Numbered from the stretch's first letter, positions 49,236-59,074 are shown. The stretch is 64,000 bases of DNA from Candidatus Omnitrophota bacterium (GCA_016928555.1 JAFGKM010000051.1:2315-66314); one strand, 5' to 3'. The notes: generated by a model not told the origin, from the letters alone. A program made the numbers and translations.

Positions 49236-49493
49236 ATGAAAATATTATATGTGCTTACGGTGATTTTTATATCGGCCATGATAGGTACGGCGCTGAATGA
49301 ACTTCTCCTTCTTCTGGTGCCGGGGCACTGGCCTGCTTATGAAATACTGGCATCTTCCTTAAGCCCCGCGTGGAGGGTGGAAGAACTGGACGTTATCGTG
49401 GCAACTTTCAACTTCGGGGTTGTTTTCAATTTCAGCATCCTTACCCTTCTGGGTATAATCACGGGATGTTTTTTAAGCCTGCGCAAATTATAA
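49236..49493 (+). CDS. Small membrane protein (DUF4321-like)
   Basis: Two hydrophobic segments flanking an LDVIVATFNFG hairpin. Confidence 0.6.
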   Translation: MKILYVLTVIFISAMIGTALNELLLLLVPGHWPAYEILASSLSPAWRVEELDVIVATFNFGVVFNFSILTLLGIITGCFLSLRKL

Positions 49494-49566
49494 GAACAGA
49501 AGGATGTTTCAGGAAGAAAAAGTATTGGCAATATGAACCGGCAATTACGGGTGCCATTTTTTCGGT

Positions 49567-50514
49567 CTAGAAGCTATAGCCGTATTTTTTTCCGAATTCC
49601 ATAAGGTCATCGTAAGAGGTAATGCCTGCGGTCGTGCCGATGGCGGTGGCGGTCTTAGACCCCGTAAGGTTTGCCAGCATCCCGCATTTTTCAAAGGAAA
49701 ATCCCCTGATTATGCCGGCGATGAACCCTGCGGCAAAGGCGTCCCCGCAGCCGGTCGTATCCACGACGTCAATATCCAGGGCCTTGAACCTGAAAGATTC
49801 TTTTTTCCCGCTGCATATGAAAGCCCCTTCCTTTCCCATTTTCAAGCCCACGTTCTTCACGCCTTTGTCCATGAGAAATGCCGCTATATCCGCCGGACTC
49901 TCTCTACGCGTTATCATTCTTGCCTCTTCTATGCTCGGGAGGAAGTAGTCAACGTACGGCAGTGATTCTTCAACCAGCTCCATCCACCTGCCGGTGGAAT
50001 CCCATGCGGTGTCAAAGCAGGTTACGAGCCCCGCCTCTTTTGCTTTCCTGAAGGTTTCCGCAAGGGGCTTGCCGTCAAAACCCGGCATGAGAAATGTTCC
50101 CGCGATGTGCAGAAGCGGGAACTTTTTCATACGGCTGAAATCAATGTCTTCCAGCCTAAGGTCCCCGTTTGCCCCGGTAGAATGGATAAACGACCGTTCT
50201 CCGTCGGAATGAATGAGGACAATCGTTCCCGATGTTGTTTTATCCCTGCTTATTTTAATTCCTTCCACGTCAAGCCGCTCTTGTCTAAGCTTGTTTATAA
50301 CAAATCTTCCGAGTTCGTCATCGCCTACCTTACCGATGAGCGAAACCTCCGTACCGAGTTTTCTTAATATTACGCCCGTATTGGAAGCGCATCCGCCGAT
50401 ATGAAGTTCCGTCCGTTCAGTCAACGTCAGTTTTCCCCTTTCGGGGATTTTTTCTATGGGTTTCCCGAGAAAATCCGCGACAATGATGCCCAGGCAAAGA
50501 GCCCTGTTTTCCAT
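49567..50514 (-). CDS. PfkB-family carbohydrate kinase
   Basis: GGCASN, GKVGDD, DTTGCGDAF. Confidence 0.93.
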   Translation of the reverse strand: MENRALCLGIIVADFLGKPIEKIPERGKLTLTERTELHIGGCASNTGVILRKLGTEVSLIGKVGDDELGRFVINKLRQERLDVEGIKISRDKTTSGTIVLIHSDGERSFIHSTGANGDLRLEDIDFSRMKKFPLLHIAGTFLMPGFDGKPLAETFRKAKEAGLVTCFDTAWDSTGRWMELVEESLPYVDYFLPSIEEARMITRRESPADIAAFLMDKGVKNVGLKMGKEGAFICSGKKESFRFKALDIDVVDTTGCGDAFAAGFIAGIIRGFSFEKCGMLANLTGSKTATAIGTTAGITSYDDLMEFGKKYGYSF

Positions 50515-50529
50515 CTCATCCTCCGTTGT

Positions 50530-51447
50530 TTAACCGCAACTGCATATTTTTCCGGCAGAGCCCGCGATGCCGAGTTCTTCGGCAATAACTTGAACGGCCG
50601 CTTTATAAACTTCTTCCTGCGCAAGTTTCAGAGACCTGTCTATGCTGTTTTCATACGGCTTGCGAACCGCAGTGCCTATGTTAATCTTGGCGATGCCGGC
50701 TTTTATCCCTTCCCTGATAAACTCCTTTTTTATACCTGTCCCTCCGTGTAAAACCAGAGGGATGTTTACTGCCGATTCAACCCTCTCTATGTGTTTGATA
50801 TTCAGCCGCGCTTCGGGTTTCTTTATGTCTTTCAATGAAGATTCTATGGCGCCGTGTATATTGCCTGCCGCAACCGAAAGCCAGTCAACCCCTGTTTCCT
50901 CCGCAAAGCGGAGCGCTTCATCAGAGTCGGTAAAACCCTTTCCGGACGAAAAGATTTCTTCGTACGGGAGCAAAGGGCCGGCTTCATGCCCCAAAACAGC
51001 TCCAAGTTCCGCCTCAACGGGTATGCCGTATTTGTGGGCCGCAGCGACAACCTTTTTCACCGCGGAGATATTCTCTTCGAGAGAAAGGCGGGAGCCGTCA
51101 ACCATAACGGACTGGTATCCGAGAACAAGGGCTTCATTTATTATGCCCATGTAATCCACCCTTTTCCCGTCTTCGTCAATTACGGGCACATGGTCTAAAT
51201 GAAGCCTTATATGCGGCTCGCTTCCCGCCAGGGAAATAAACTCTTTATAAACCGCCGATGGACTTTCCGCTTTGAATTTCATCCACTCTAAACGCGCAAC
51301 CTCTATCAGTCCGAAAATACGGGTGTCTTTTATCGCTTTTACCAGAGGTTCCATGAGAGGAAGGTAGGGAACGTTAAACGCAGGGATTACCGTTCTGAGC
51401 TTCCATGCATTCTTCACCGCTTCCGCCGTTGTTATTTTGGATTTCAT
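50530..51447 (-). CDS. Class II fructose/tagatose-bisphosphate aldolase
   Basis: HLDH, MVDGS, EAELG, GNIHG, LHGGTG, KINIGT. Confidence 0.92.
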   Translation of the reverse strand: MKSKITTAEAVKNAWKLRTVIPAFNVPYLPLMEPLVKAIKDTRIFGLIEVARLEWMKFKAESPSAVYKEFISLAGSEPHIRLHLDHVPVIDEDGKRVDYMGIINEALVLGYQSVMVDGSRLSLEENISAVKKVVAAAHKYGIPVEAELGAVLGHEAGPLLPYEEIFSSGKGFTDSDEALRFAEETGVDWLSVAAGNIHGAIESSLKDIKKPEARLNIKHIERVESAVNIPLVLHGGTGIKKEFIREGIKAGIAKINIGTAVRKPYENSIDRSLKLAQEEVYKAAVQVIAEELGIAGSAGKICSCG

Positions 51448-51453
51448 AGCATT

Positions 51454-51539
51454 ATTATATTTTATAACCCTGTTTTTCTCAAATGATAATTGAGGCTTTG
51501 AATTTTTGTTTTGCCGTTTTGAAGAAAAAACTATAAAAT
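51454..51539. promoter_or_regulatory. Back-to-back divergent promoters, both positioned for leaderless mRNA
   Basis: Minus: TTGAGA-17-TATAAT-6 nt-ATG; plus: TTGCCG-17-TAAAAT-6 nt-ATG. Confidence 0.6.
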
Positions 51540-51545
51540 ACAGCA

Positions 51546-52010
51546 ATGAACAAATGGATGGCGGAGGCGGTCAGGGAGGCTTTTTCGGGCATGCGGAAAA
51601 ACGAAGGCGGACCGTTTGGAGCTTTAATTGTGAAAGACGGCAAAGTTGTTTCAAAAGCACATAACAGGGTTCTAAAAACCAACGACCCTGCGGCGCACGC
51701 GGAGATACTCGCCATAAGGAAAGCGTCAAAAAGACTCGGCAGGTTCGACCTTTCGGACTGTGAAATATATTCCACCTGCGAGCCCTGCCCGATGTGCATG
51801 GCGGCGATACTCTGGGCGCGTATAAAAAAGCTCTGCTACGGCTGTACCAAGAAGGATGCCGAAAAGACAGGATTTGACGACAGGCGGTTTTACAATGTGA
51901 TAAATATAAAGAACGATAAAAAACTGCTTGTGAAAAAGCAGATAGACAGAAAATCATGTCTTGCCCCGTTCAGGGAATGGGACAAAAAACCCGATAAAAT
52001 CATCTATTAG
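51546..52010 (+). CDS. Nucleoside/guanine deaminase (CDA fold)
   Basis: GGPFGA, HAE, PCPMC, GFDD. Confidence 0.88.
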   Translation: MNKWMAEAVREAFSGMRKNEGGPFGALIVKDGKVVSKAHNRVLKTNDPAAHAEILAIRKASKRLGRFDLSDCEIYSTCEPCPMCMAAILWARIKKLCYGCTKKDAEKTGFDDRRFYNVINIKNDKKLLVKKQIDRKSCLAPFREWDKKPDKIIY

Positions 52011-52053
52011 CTATGACAATGCTCTGTTTTAGAGATATATAAAACCCTGCTGA

Positions 52054-53373
52054 ATGGAAGGAAAGACGCCGGTGAGAAAAATATACATAAAGACATACGG
52101 GTGCCAGATGAATTTCTATGATTCGGAAAAGATAAAGGCGCTCATGGTGAAAAAAGGCTATGGAATTGCGGATTCACCCGGGGAAGCGGATTTTATTGCC
52201 GTTAACGCTTGCAGCGTCAGAAAACACGCTGAAGACAGGGCAATGGCGTTTTTGAGCTCGCACATGCCGTTAAGGAAAAAAGGCGCCCGTCTATGCCTCC
52301 TCGGATGTACAGCGAACCTTTACGGGGAAGATATCCTGAAGAAGCATCCTTTCATTGATATCGTATGCGGCGCCGGCAATTATGAGCGCCTTCCTGAAAT
52401 GCTCGGAAACACGAAAAGAAAAACATGTTCTGCGGGGGAAAGCGAAAATCCTTTTATAGAAGACCCTGTTATTGCATGCGGAGATATCTCGGCTTTCGTA
52501 ACGGTAACCAAGGGATGCGAAAATTACTGTTCTTACTGCGTCGTGCCTTTTACGAGGGGGAAACTGGCAAGCAGGAAACCCAGCGACATATACGCTGAAG
52601 TTCGATCTCTCGCGGGACGGGGCGTAAAAGAGATTGTTTTGCTGGGCCAGAATGTCAACGAGTACGGGAAGGACTCCGAAGCGCGGTTTACGGACCTGCT
52701 TGAAAAGATACACAACATTGAAGGGATATTGAGAATATGGTTTCTTACCTCCCATCCGAAGGATATTCCGGACGAACTCCTGCTATCTTTCAAAAATCTG
52801 CCAAAGCTGTACAGGCATCTCCATCTTCCCCTTCAGTCAGGTTCAGACAGGTTGCTTCTGCTTATGAACAGGAGATATACTCTCGCACGGTATCTTGAAA
52901 TCATAAAGCGTGCGCGGGAGATTGCTCCTGACATTACAATAACCTCGGATATAATAACAGGCTTCCCTTCTGAAACGGAGAAGGATTTTGAGGATACCGT
53001 TTCGGCGGTAAAAAAAATTGAGTTTGACGACCTGTTCATATTCAAATACTCGGAAAGGCCCGGCACGGCGGCTTCCGGAATGCAAAATGACGTTCCTCAG
53101 AAAGAAAAAGAGAGGAGGCATAAGGTTTTGCTTGATATTCAGGAAGATATATCGCTGAAGAGGAATACCCTGTTTAACGGCAGAACCGAAAATGTTTTTG
53201 TTGTTAAGCCGAGCACCAAGAAAAACGGATGTTTCATGGGCAGGAGCGAGGGGAATAAATCCGTCATTTTCAGGGCTTCGCATTCCGCGCCCGGCACGCT
53301 TGAATCCGTAGTTTTCAATTATGCGGACCGCCGGTACCTTTTCGGTGCTTCATGCGGTGGGAATGATAAATGA
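52054..53373 (+). CDS. miaB: tRNA methylthiotransferase MiaB
   Basis: TYGCQMN, CSVR, CENYCSYC, LGQNVN, TSHP. Confidence 0.9.
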   Translation: MEGKTPVRKIYIKTYGCQMNFYDSEKIKALMVKKGYGIADSPGEADFIAVNACSVRKHAEDRAMAFLSSHMPLRKKGARLCLLGCTANLYGEDILKKHPFIDIVCGAGNYERLPEMLGNTKRKTCSAGESENPFIEDPVIACGDISAFVTVTKGCENYCSYCVVPFTRGKLASRKPSDIYAEVRSLAGRGVKEIVLLGQNVNEYGKDSEARFTDLLEKIHNIEGILRIWFLTSHPKDIPDELLLSFKNLPKLYRHLHLPLQSGSDRLLLLMNRRYTLARYLEIIKRAREIAPDITITSDIITGFPSETEKDFEDTVSAVKKIEFDDLFIFKYSERPGTAASGMQNDVPQKEKERRHKVLLDIQEDISLKRNTLFNGRTENVFVVKPSTKKNGCFMGRSEGNKSVIFRASHSAPGTLESVVFNYADRRYLFGASCGGNDK

Positions 53374-53821
53374 AGATTATTGTAATCAAACCCAGCAGAA
53401 CGCTTAAAATGATTTTATCGGTTTCCAGCTTTTCTTCAATGCGCCTGCCTTCTTCAACAATTTCAATTGTTTCAGCATGAATGTCCCTTTCTCCGTAATG
53501 AAGGGGACAGTGGACATTGTATATTCCGGAAACTCTGACAATGTCGCCTTTCACCCTGTATCTGCCGAGGTTTTTAACAAGCCCCTTCTGCCGGGAGTCA
53601 AGCACGATCCCAATGAAAAAATCTCCGTCTTTGACGTTTACCCAGTATGTTTCCCCGTCGCCCATAATATCGCCGACCGCCTCTCCTTTCACCTCAACTT
53701 TCTGACCTTCGTACCTGTCTGCTTCCTCAAAAAGTTTATGCATGGGCACAATCTCCGAAGCATACGCCCGGCAAGACAGTATTGAGAGAAACAGTAAAAC
53801 CTGCATGTGTTTTATTTTCAT
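53315..53821 (-). CDS. Exported OB-fold-like protein with C-terminal TM anchor
   Basis: Signal peptide; GQKVEVKGE, GDIVRVSGIY; hydrophobic tail. Confidence 0.65.
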   Translation of the reverse strand: MKIKHMQVLLFLSILSCRAYASEIVPMHKLFEEADRYEGQKVEVKGEAVGDIMGDGETYWVNVKDGDFFIGIVLDSRQKGLVKNLGRYRVKGDIVRVSGIYNVHCPLHYGERDIHAETIEIVEEGRRIEEKLETDKIILSVLLGLITIIFIYHSHRMKHRKGTGGPHN

Positions 53822-53886
53822 TTTCTATTCCCATAAAACAGTGCGATAAATCCGTCAGTCCGCCTAAGCTTTGTGGCGGAGCACCG

Positions 53887-55386
53887 CTACTGGGGGCTCT
53901 TCAACGAAAGAATGAATTTAAAAAGCACGAAAACAGATATGAACTCAAGCCGTCCCAGCCACATCTGCATAATGTAAACTATCTTTAATCCGTTGGGCAT
54001 TAGAGGGGAAGTAATGCCCATGGAAAGCCCGACGTTTGCCGTTGCGGAAACCGATTCAAACAGGGCAGGAAGGAAAGGATACCCGTAAAAACTGCCTATG
54101 ACTCCCCCGGCAAGATAGACCGCAACGTACAAAATTATTATTATGGCCGACATCTTTATGTGGTTGTCCTCAACCGATATGTCCCTGATGTGGTGAAACC
54201 TCTCTACAATAACTGCGGATTCCGGGGACGTAAGAATCCTGATTTCTTTTTTTATCCCTTTGAAGAAAAGCCCTATCCTAAGTATTTTAATGCCGCCCGC
54301 CGTTGAGGAGGAACTGCCTCCCAGCCCCATCGCAAGGATTATTCCGAGAAGAGCGAGAGGGGGCCAGAAATAAAGAAAATGCTGAACGGTTATGTTTGAA
54401 TAACCCACTCCCGTATGTGCGGAAATCAACTGGTAAAAAGCTTTGCGGAAAAACGGCACGTACCCCGGAAACGGAAACTGCATTATGAATCCGATGCAGA
54501 CAAGAGAAAACAGCGCCAGTATGCTGAACATATAAACCTTAAGTTCAAAATTTCTGACAAGTTCATGCGGCCTGCCTGTCCATACCGCGTAATGAACGCC
54601 GAAATTAACTGCTCCCAGAAGAAAAATCATAGCCGTGACTATTTCTATCGCAGGACTGTGATAGTAGAGGATATTCTGCGACTGGACGGCAAATCCCGCC
54701 GTATCCCATCCCGACATAAAAAGGCATATTGAATGAAATAACGCCCTGCCGGGGGAAATGTCGCGCAGAAGGTTTATAAATAAAAGAATTGAAGTTCCTA
54801 TAACCAGGTAGGTTAAGCTTACCAGCCATATAAACCTTGCCGTCTGTATGATGTTCGGCATGATTTTTTCTTCGCGCGCCTCGCCGACATAAACCTTGAA
54901 TGCGCTTCCTCCCTTTACGAAAAGCGTGAGGGCTACGAGAATTATTCCCTGCCCGCCTATGAAGCACATGAAGTGCCTCCAGAAATTGTAGGCGTAAGCC
55001 ATGTGGTCAACGTTGTTCACCAGAACAAGTCCTGTTGTGGCAAAAGCGCTCATGGCTTCAAACAATGAATCCAGATAACTGTTGTAGTGCCCTGAAAGAT
55101 ACAGAGGAATTGCGCCGAAAAACATTGCCATTACCCATGACAGGGCGACAAGGCTCATTCCCTGGCGCCAGTTAAGGTCGCGTTCCTCGTTGAATTTAAG
55201 AAGGATGAGGCTCCCGGCACAAAGGCATATCAGGGAAGAGAGGATGAAATCAATTGAAGGCGCCCATTCCATATTTATTACGCCGACAAAAACAGGCACG
55301 AGCATCACTATCCCCATGCCGTATATCAGCCTGCCGAGATAATGCAGAATGGAGCTTACATCCTCGCGGGAAAAATGGGGTATCAT
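53887..55386 (-). CDS. trkH: Trk K+ uptake membrane subunit
   Basis: Pore loops SAFATTG, TAGF, GVGY, SATANVG; GGIK; GRLE. Confidence 0.93.
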   Translation of the reverse strand: MIPHFSREDVSSILHYLGRLIYGMGIVMLVPVFVGVINMEWAPSIDFILSSLICLCAGSLILLKFNEERDLNWRQGMSLVALSWVMAMFFGAIPLYLSGHYNSYLDSLFEAMSAFATTGLVLVNNVDHMAYAYNFWRHFMCFIGGQGIILVALTLFVKGGSAFKVYVGEAREEKIMPNIIQTARFIWLVSLTYLVIGTSILLFINLLRDISPGRALFHSICLFMSGWDTAGFAVQSQNILYYHSPAIEIVTAMIFLLGAVNFGVHYAVWTGRPHELVRNFELKVYMFSILALFSLVCIGFIMQFPFPGYVPFFRKAFYQLISAHTGVGYSNITVQHFLYFWPPLALLGIILAMGLGGSSSSTAGGIKILRIGLFFKGIKKEIRILTSPESAVIVERFHHIRDISVEDNHIKMSAIIIILYVAVYLAGGVIGSFYGYPFLPALFESVSATANVGLSMGITSPLMPNGLKIVYIMQMWLGRLEFISVFVLFKFILSLKSPQ

Positions 55387-55526
55387 TTTTTAATAATAAC
55401 CGCCATGTAGATTAAAAAGCAGACTATTGCGGCGGCGCTGAATGTGATGAACGGATAGATAAGCTCAAAAGTCACGCCGATAATCCATCTGTAAGTGATT
55501 CTCAGGTATTTTAGAAGCCGCTCCAT
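55383..55526 (-). CDS. Uncalled 47-aa membrane peptide
   Basis: MERLLKYLRITYRWIIGVTFELIYPFITFSAAAIVCFLIYMAVIIKK; TAATG overlap with trkA and ATGA overlap with trkH. Confidence 0.7.
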   Translation of the reverse strand: MERLLKYLRITYRWIIGVTFELIYPFITFSAAAIVCFLIYMAVIIKK

Positions 55527-56194
55527 TACTTATCCGTCACCTCTCCTATAAGCGATTTAAACAGAAGCGATTCGTTCTCTACTTTTGTTATTGCGATAAC
55601 CTCGTCTTTTTCCTTGAGAACCGAATTGTTGCGCGGTATCGTTATCTCCCCGTTTCTTATTATGGCGACGAGAACGGAATCTTCGGGAAGCTCTATGCTG
55701 CCGACCGCTGTGTTTATTACTGGAGAGGTTTCCGGAAGGTCAACCCTCACTATTGAAAGGTTTCCGCGCTTGAAAGTAAAAAGGGTTATGAAATCGTCCC
55801 AGCTTACCTCATCCTCTATAACCTTGGCTATAATGGCGGTACTGCCTATGGCAACGTCCACGCCCAGCTGGTAAAATATCTTCTCGTTTTTCGGGTCGTT
55901 TACCTTTGCCACCGTCCTTTTGACATGGAAGATATCCTTTGCAATCTGGCAGATGACGAGGTTGTCCACATCGCTGCCCGTAACGGCCGCAACGATATCG
56001 GCCTTGTTTATCCCCGCCTTTTTCAGGATATTCGTATCACAGCCGTCTCCGCCCATGACAAGAATATTTATTTTTCCCGCGAGCTTTTTCCCTATCTCCG
56101 GGTCTTTTTCAATAAGCGTTACGTAATTGCCCGCGCTTAAACGCTCTGCAAGGTTGTAGCCTACATTTCCTCCTCCGACTATTATTATATTCAT
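55526..56194 (-). CDS. trkA: TrkA/KtrA RCK regulatory subunit
   Basis: GGGNVG, GDG, D..NL, TrkA_C domain. Confidence 0.92.
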   Translation of the reverse strand: MNIIIVGGGNVGYNLAERLSAGNYVTLIEKDPEIGKKLAGKINILVMGGDGCDTNILKKAGINKADIVAAVTGSDVDNLVICQIAKDIFHVKRTVAKVNDPKNEKIFYQLGVDVAIGSTAIIAKVIEDEVSWDDFITLFTFKRGNLSIVRVDLPETSPVINTAVGSIELPEDSVLVAIIRNGEITIPRNNSVLKEKDEVIAITKVENESLLFKSLIGEVTDK

Positions 56195-56835
56195 GATATC
56201 TTCAAGACCTTTTTCACTTTTTTAAGAGAAGAAAGCTTAACAACGCCCACTATTATATCCCCTTTCTCAAATGCCGTTTTTTCCTCGGGGATAACGGGTT
56301 CCTGGCCTCTTACCACGGTGACAACCTGAAACTCTCCCGGCATATTTAGCTCCTTGACGGTCTTTCCCGAATAACCGCCCGTATCCTTTATTTCCAGAAG
56401 GCTTACCTTATTGCTTTCAAACATGTACGTAGTAAAATTCCGTTCTATAATCTTCTCCCTGAGCAGTGTTGCGAAGATGGAGGTACTGTTTACGGGGTCC
56501 ACTCCGAGGTTCCTGTAAACCTCCGCTTTACCTATATCCGATACCCGCGCTACAACCTTGGGGACGTTGAAAACCTTCTTTGATATCTGCGCAATCACTA
56601 TATTTGTATTGTCATTGCTCGTGGTCACCGCCACCGCATCCGCTTTTTCTATCCCTGCTTCTTTCAATACATCCATATCAAGGGCGTCGCCCACGATTGA
56701 AAACCCGTTGAAGTTATCGCCCACCTTGGACAGGTTTGCCGCTTCCCTGTCAATCACGACCACGTTATGGTCGTCCTGAAGCAGGTTTGCCAGATAAGAC
56801 CCTATTTTCCCGCAGCCCACGATTATTATATACAT
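56191..56835 (-). CDS. trkA: TrkA/KtrA RCK regulatory subunit
   Basis: GCGKIG, GDA, DNTN, TrkA_C domain. Confidence 0.92.
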   Translation of the reverse strand: MYIIIVGCGKIGSYLANLLQDDHNVVVIDREAANLSKVGDNFNGFSIVGDALDMDVLKEAGIEKADAVAVTTSNDNTNIVIAQISKKVFNVPKVVARVSDIGKAEVYRNLGVDPVNSTSIFATLLREKIIERNFTTYMFESNKVSLLEIKDTGGYSGKTVKELNMPGEFQVVTVVRGQEPVIPEEKTAFEKGDIIVGVVKLSSLKKVKKVLKIS

Positions 56836-56947
56836 GATATTAAGGCAAAAGTGACGCTTTCTGTCATCCCTGTCCCAGCCTAATACAAATAGGGATAAAC
56901 TTAGCAGGGATTCGGAGTAAAAAAAGTTTACCCTATATTATACTCCC

Positions 56948-57850
56948 TTATTCAATAATTTTCCATTCCGTGCGGCCTCCGGGGGAAAAGATGCGGACGT
57001 CTCCGCTCAACTTTTCATCGGTTACAGCTTTTTTAACGGCGCAAACGGCTTCTTTTATATTCCTGAAGTCGGCAAAAAAAGCAACCGAAGGGCCTGCCCC
57101 GCTGAGGCATGCGCCGATTATATGAGGCGATATTTCACGGGTAAGAAAACCTTCAAGATGCGGTATGAGCTTTCCTCTGTACGGCTGATGAAGCTTATCG
57201 CAGAGGCCAATCTTTAAAAGATTAAGGTCTTTTATAAAAAATGATGAGCACAGCATTCCGTAGCCGGCAATGTTATACACCGCATCGGAAAACGGAACTT
57301 TTTTCGGAAGCACATCGCGGGCAGATTTTGTTGAAAGGCCTTCCGCAGGAATAAAAACTATAATTCTGAGTCTTTCGGGAGCAGGCGAGGCAACTATGGG
57401 GCTTCCTGCAGGTCCGCCTATGGCAAAACCCCCGTAAAGAGAGGCCGCAAGATTGTCAATGTGCCCTTCAAAAGGAAGCGATAGCTTCAGAATTTCCGTT
57501 TTGCTTATCTTCCTGCCGCCAAACAGGAATCCCGATATAACTCCGGCAAGGACTACCGTTGCACTGCTTCCCAGCCCCCTTTTGAAAGGTATCCTGTCCC
57601 TGATTTCAATTGCTGCGGGAAAAGCTTTTCTGCCGGAATGCTTCAGGCCGGCTTTGAATGCGTCGGTGAAAAGGTCAAGGACCATACCCGATGACACTGA
57701 AAGGCATGCTTTCGAAAAACTTATTTCCGTTCTGCCTGATTTTGAAACTGTGAATTCGTTGTAGACTTTCAGGCTAAGGCCCGCGCAGTCAAAACCGCTT
57801 CCCATGTTTCCTATGCTGGCAGGCACTCTGACATGAATTTTTTCAGCCAT
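56948..57850 (-). CDS. thrB: Homoserine kinase
   Basis: PASIGNMGSGFD, P..RGLGSS, EGH.DN, HQPYR, SGAGP. Confidence 0.92.
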   Translation of the reverse strand: MAEKIHVRVPASIGNMGSGFDCAGLSLKVYNEFTVSKSGRTEISFSKACLSVSSGMVLDLFTDAFKAGLKHSGRKAFPAAIEIRDRIPFKRGLGSSATVVLAGVISGFLFGGRKISKTEILKLSLPFEGHIDNLAASLYGGFAIGGPAGSPIVASPAPERLRIIVFIPAEGLSTKSARDVLPKKVPFSDAVYNIAGYGMLCSSFFIKDLNLLKIGLCDKLHQPYRGKLIPHLEGFLTREISPHIIGACLSGAGPSVAFFADFRNIKEAVCAVKKAVTDEKLSGDVRIFSPGGRTEWKIIE

Positions 57851-59060
57851 TATCACCTCTTCCCAGCAGTTTATTGATAAACGTGTTATCCTCAACAAGG
57901 CCGTAAGATCCGCTGGCGCAGGCGGTCTCGTCAAAAGTTTGGACGCTGTCCGGCTCCTTAAGCGGATTGTATATCATGAAAGGCACGGGTTCCGGAGAGT
58001 GCGCTTTAGTGAAAACCGGCGTATAGTGGTCGGGCAGAAAAGCCATCGCGGTATTTTTAATGTTGATTCCTTTCAGGATATTTCCGGTTAGCCTGCGGTC
58101 TATGTCCTCAATGCACTTTACCTTTAGGCGGGCATCTCCTTCATGGCTCGCTTCATCCGGCGCTTCCACGTGGACGTAAACAAGGTCGTGGTTTTCAAGA
58201 GCCCTTATGCATCCTTCGGCTTTGCCTTCATAGTTTGTGTTGTAAAGCCCTGTCGCCCCTTGTACGTTGATAATGTCAAACCCCCCGTACAGGCCAAGCC
58301 CCTTTATCAGGTCCACGGCAGATATTACCGCTCCCTTAATGCCGAACCTTTCCTGAAAAGTTTTCATCGCCGGTTTTTTTCCCGGCGACCACGGCCAGAG
58401 CATGTTGGCCATATCCTTTCCGGCTTTTGCTCTTGCTATATTTACGGGATGTTTTTCCATGATGCGCTCCGAATCATCTATGATTTTGTTCAGAAGCCCG
58501 GCGGTCTCTTTTGCCTGTTCATTCTTTGGTTTTACGAAAAGTTCTTTATAGGGGATTCCCGTATAGTCATGCGGAGGATAGCATTTCACATCCGGAGAAA
58601 ATCCGCCTTTTAAAACAAGAAGATGCCTGTAGCTTACCCCCTGATGGAAAACTATCCTGTCGGACCCGAGTTTCTCGTTGGCATATGCAATAAGGACGGA
58701 TGCTTCTTCCGACGATATGTGTCCGGCAGAGTGATTTTTTATCTTTCCGTCTTCCGATACGCATATCGTATTGCACCTGAAAGCGACATCCGTTCCGTCC
58801 AGAGGAACGTTCATTGCGGCCGCTTCAAGGACACCCCTTCCGTGAAAATGCTCAATCGGGTCATATCCGAGTATGGAAAGGTTGGCCACGGCAGAGCCGG
58901 TGGAAAAATTCCGCGGTATGGTCCTGAAAAGCCCGCATCGCGATTTTTTCGCCAGCCCGTCTATATTGTCTTTTTTTGCCGCCTGCAGAGGCGTCTTCCC
59001 GCCGAGTTCTTCCATCGGCCTGTCTGCGGCGCCGTCCATTATTACTATTATGTATTTCAT
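57843..59060 (-). CDS. apgM: Cofactor-independent phosphoglycerate mutase (ApgM-type)
   Basis: DGAAD, GS.VAN, GRG.LEA, HVEAPDEASH, PDH.TP. Confidence 0.88.
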   Translation of the reverse strand: MKYIIVIMDGAADRPMEELGGKTPLQAAKKDNIDGLAKKSRCGLFRTIPRNFSTGSAVANLSILGYDPIEHFHGRGVLEAAAMNVPLDGTDVAFRCNTICVSEDGKIKNHSAGHISSEEASVLIAYANEKLGSDRIVFHQGVSYRHLLVLKGGFSPDVKCYPPHDYTGIPYKELFVKPKNEQAKETAGLLNKIIDDSERIMEKHPVNIARAKAGKDMANMLWPWSPGKKPAMKTFQERFGIKGAVISAVDLIKGLGLYGGFDIINVQGATGLYNTNYEGKAEGCIRALENHDLVYVHVEAPDEASHEGDARLKVKCIEDIDRRLTGNILKGINIKNTAMAFLPDHYTPVFTKAHSPEPVPFMIYNPLKEPDSVQTFDETACASGSYGLVEDNTFINKLLGRGDNG

Positions 59061-59074
59061 GAAAGCCTCAATAA

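Noticed and set aside
53858-53880. Small hairpin tccgcc...ggcgga after trkH as a terminator
   Set aside because: The stem is short with no U-tract; more likely a tiny palindromic repeat.
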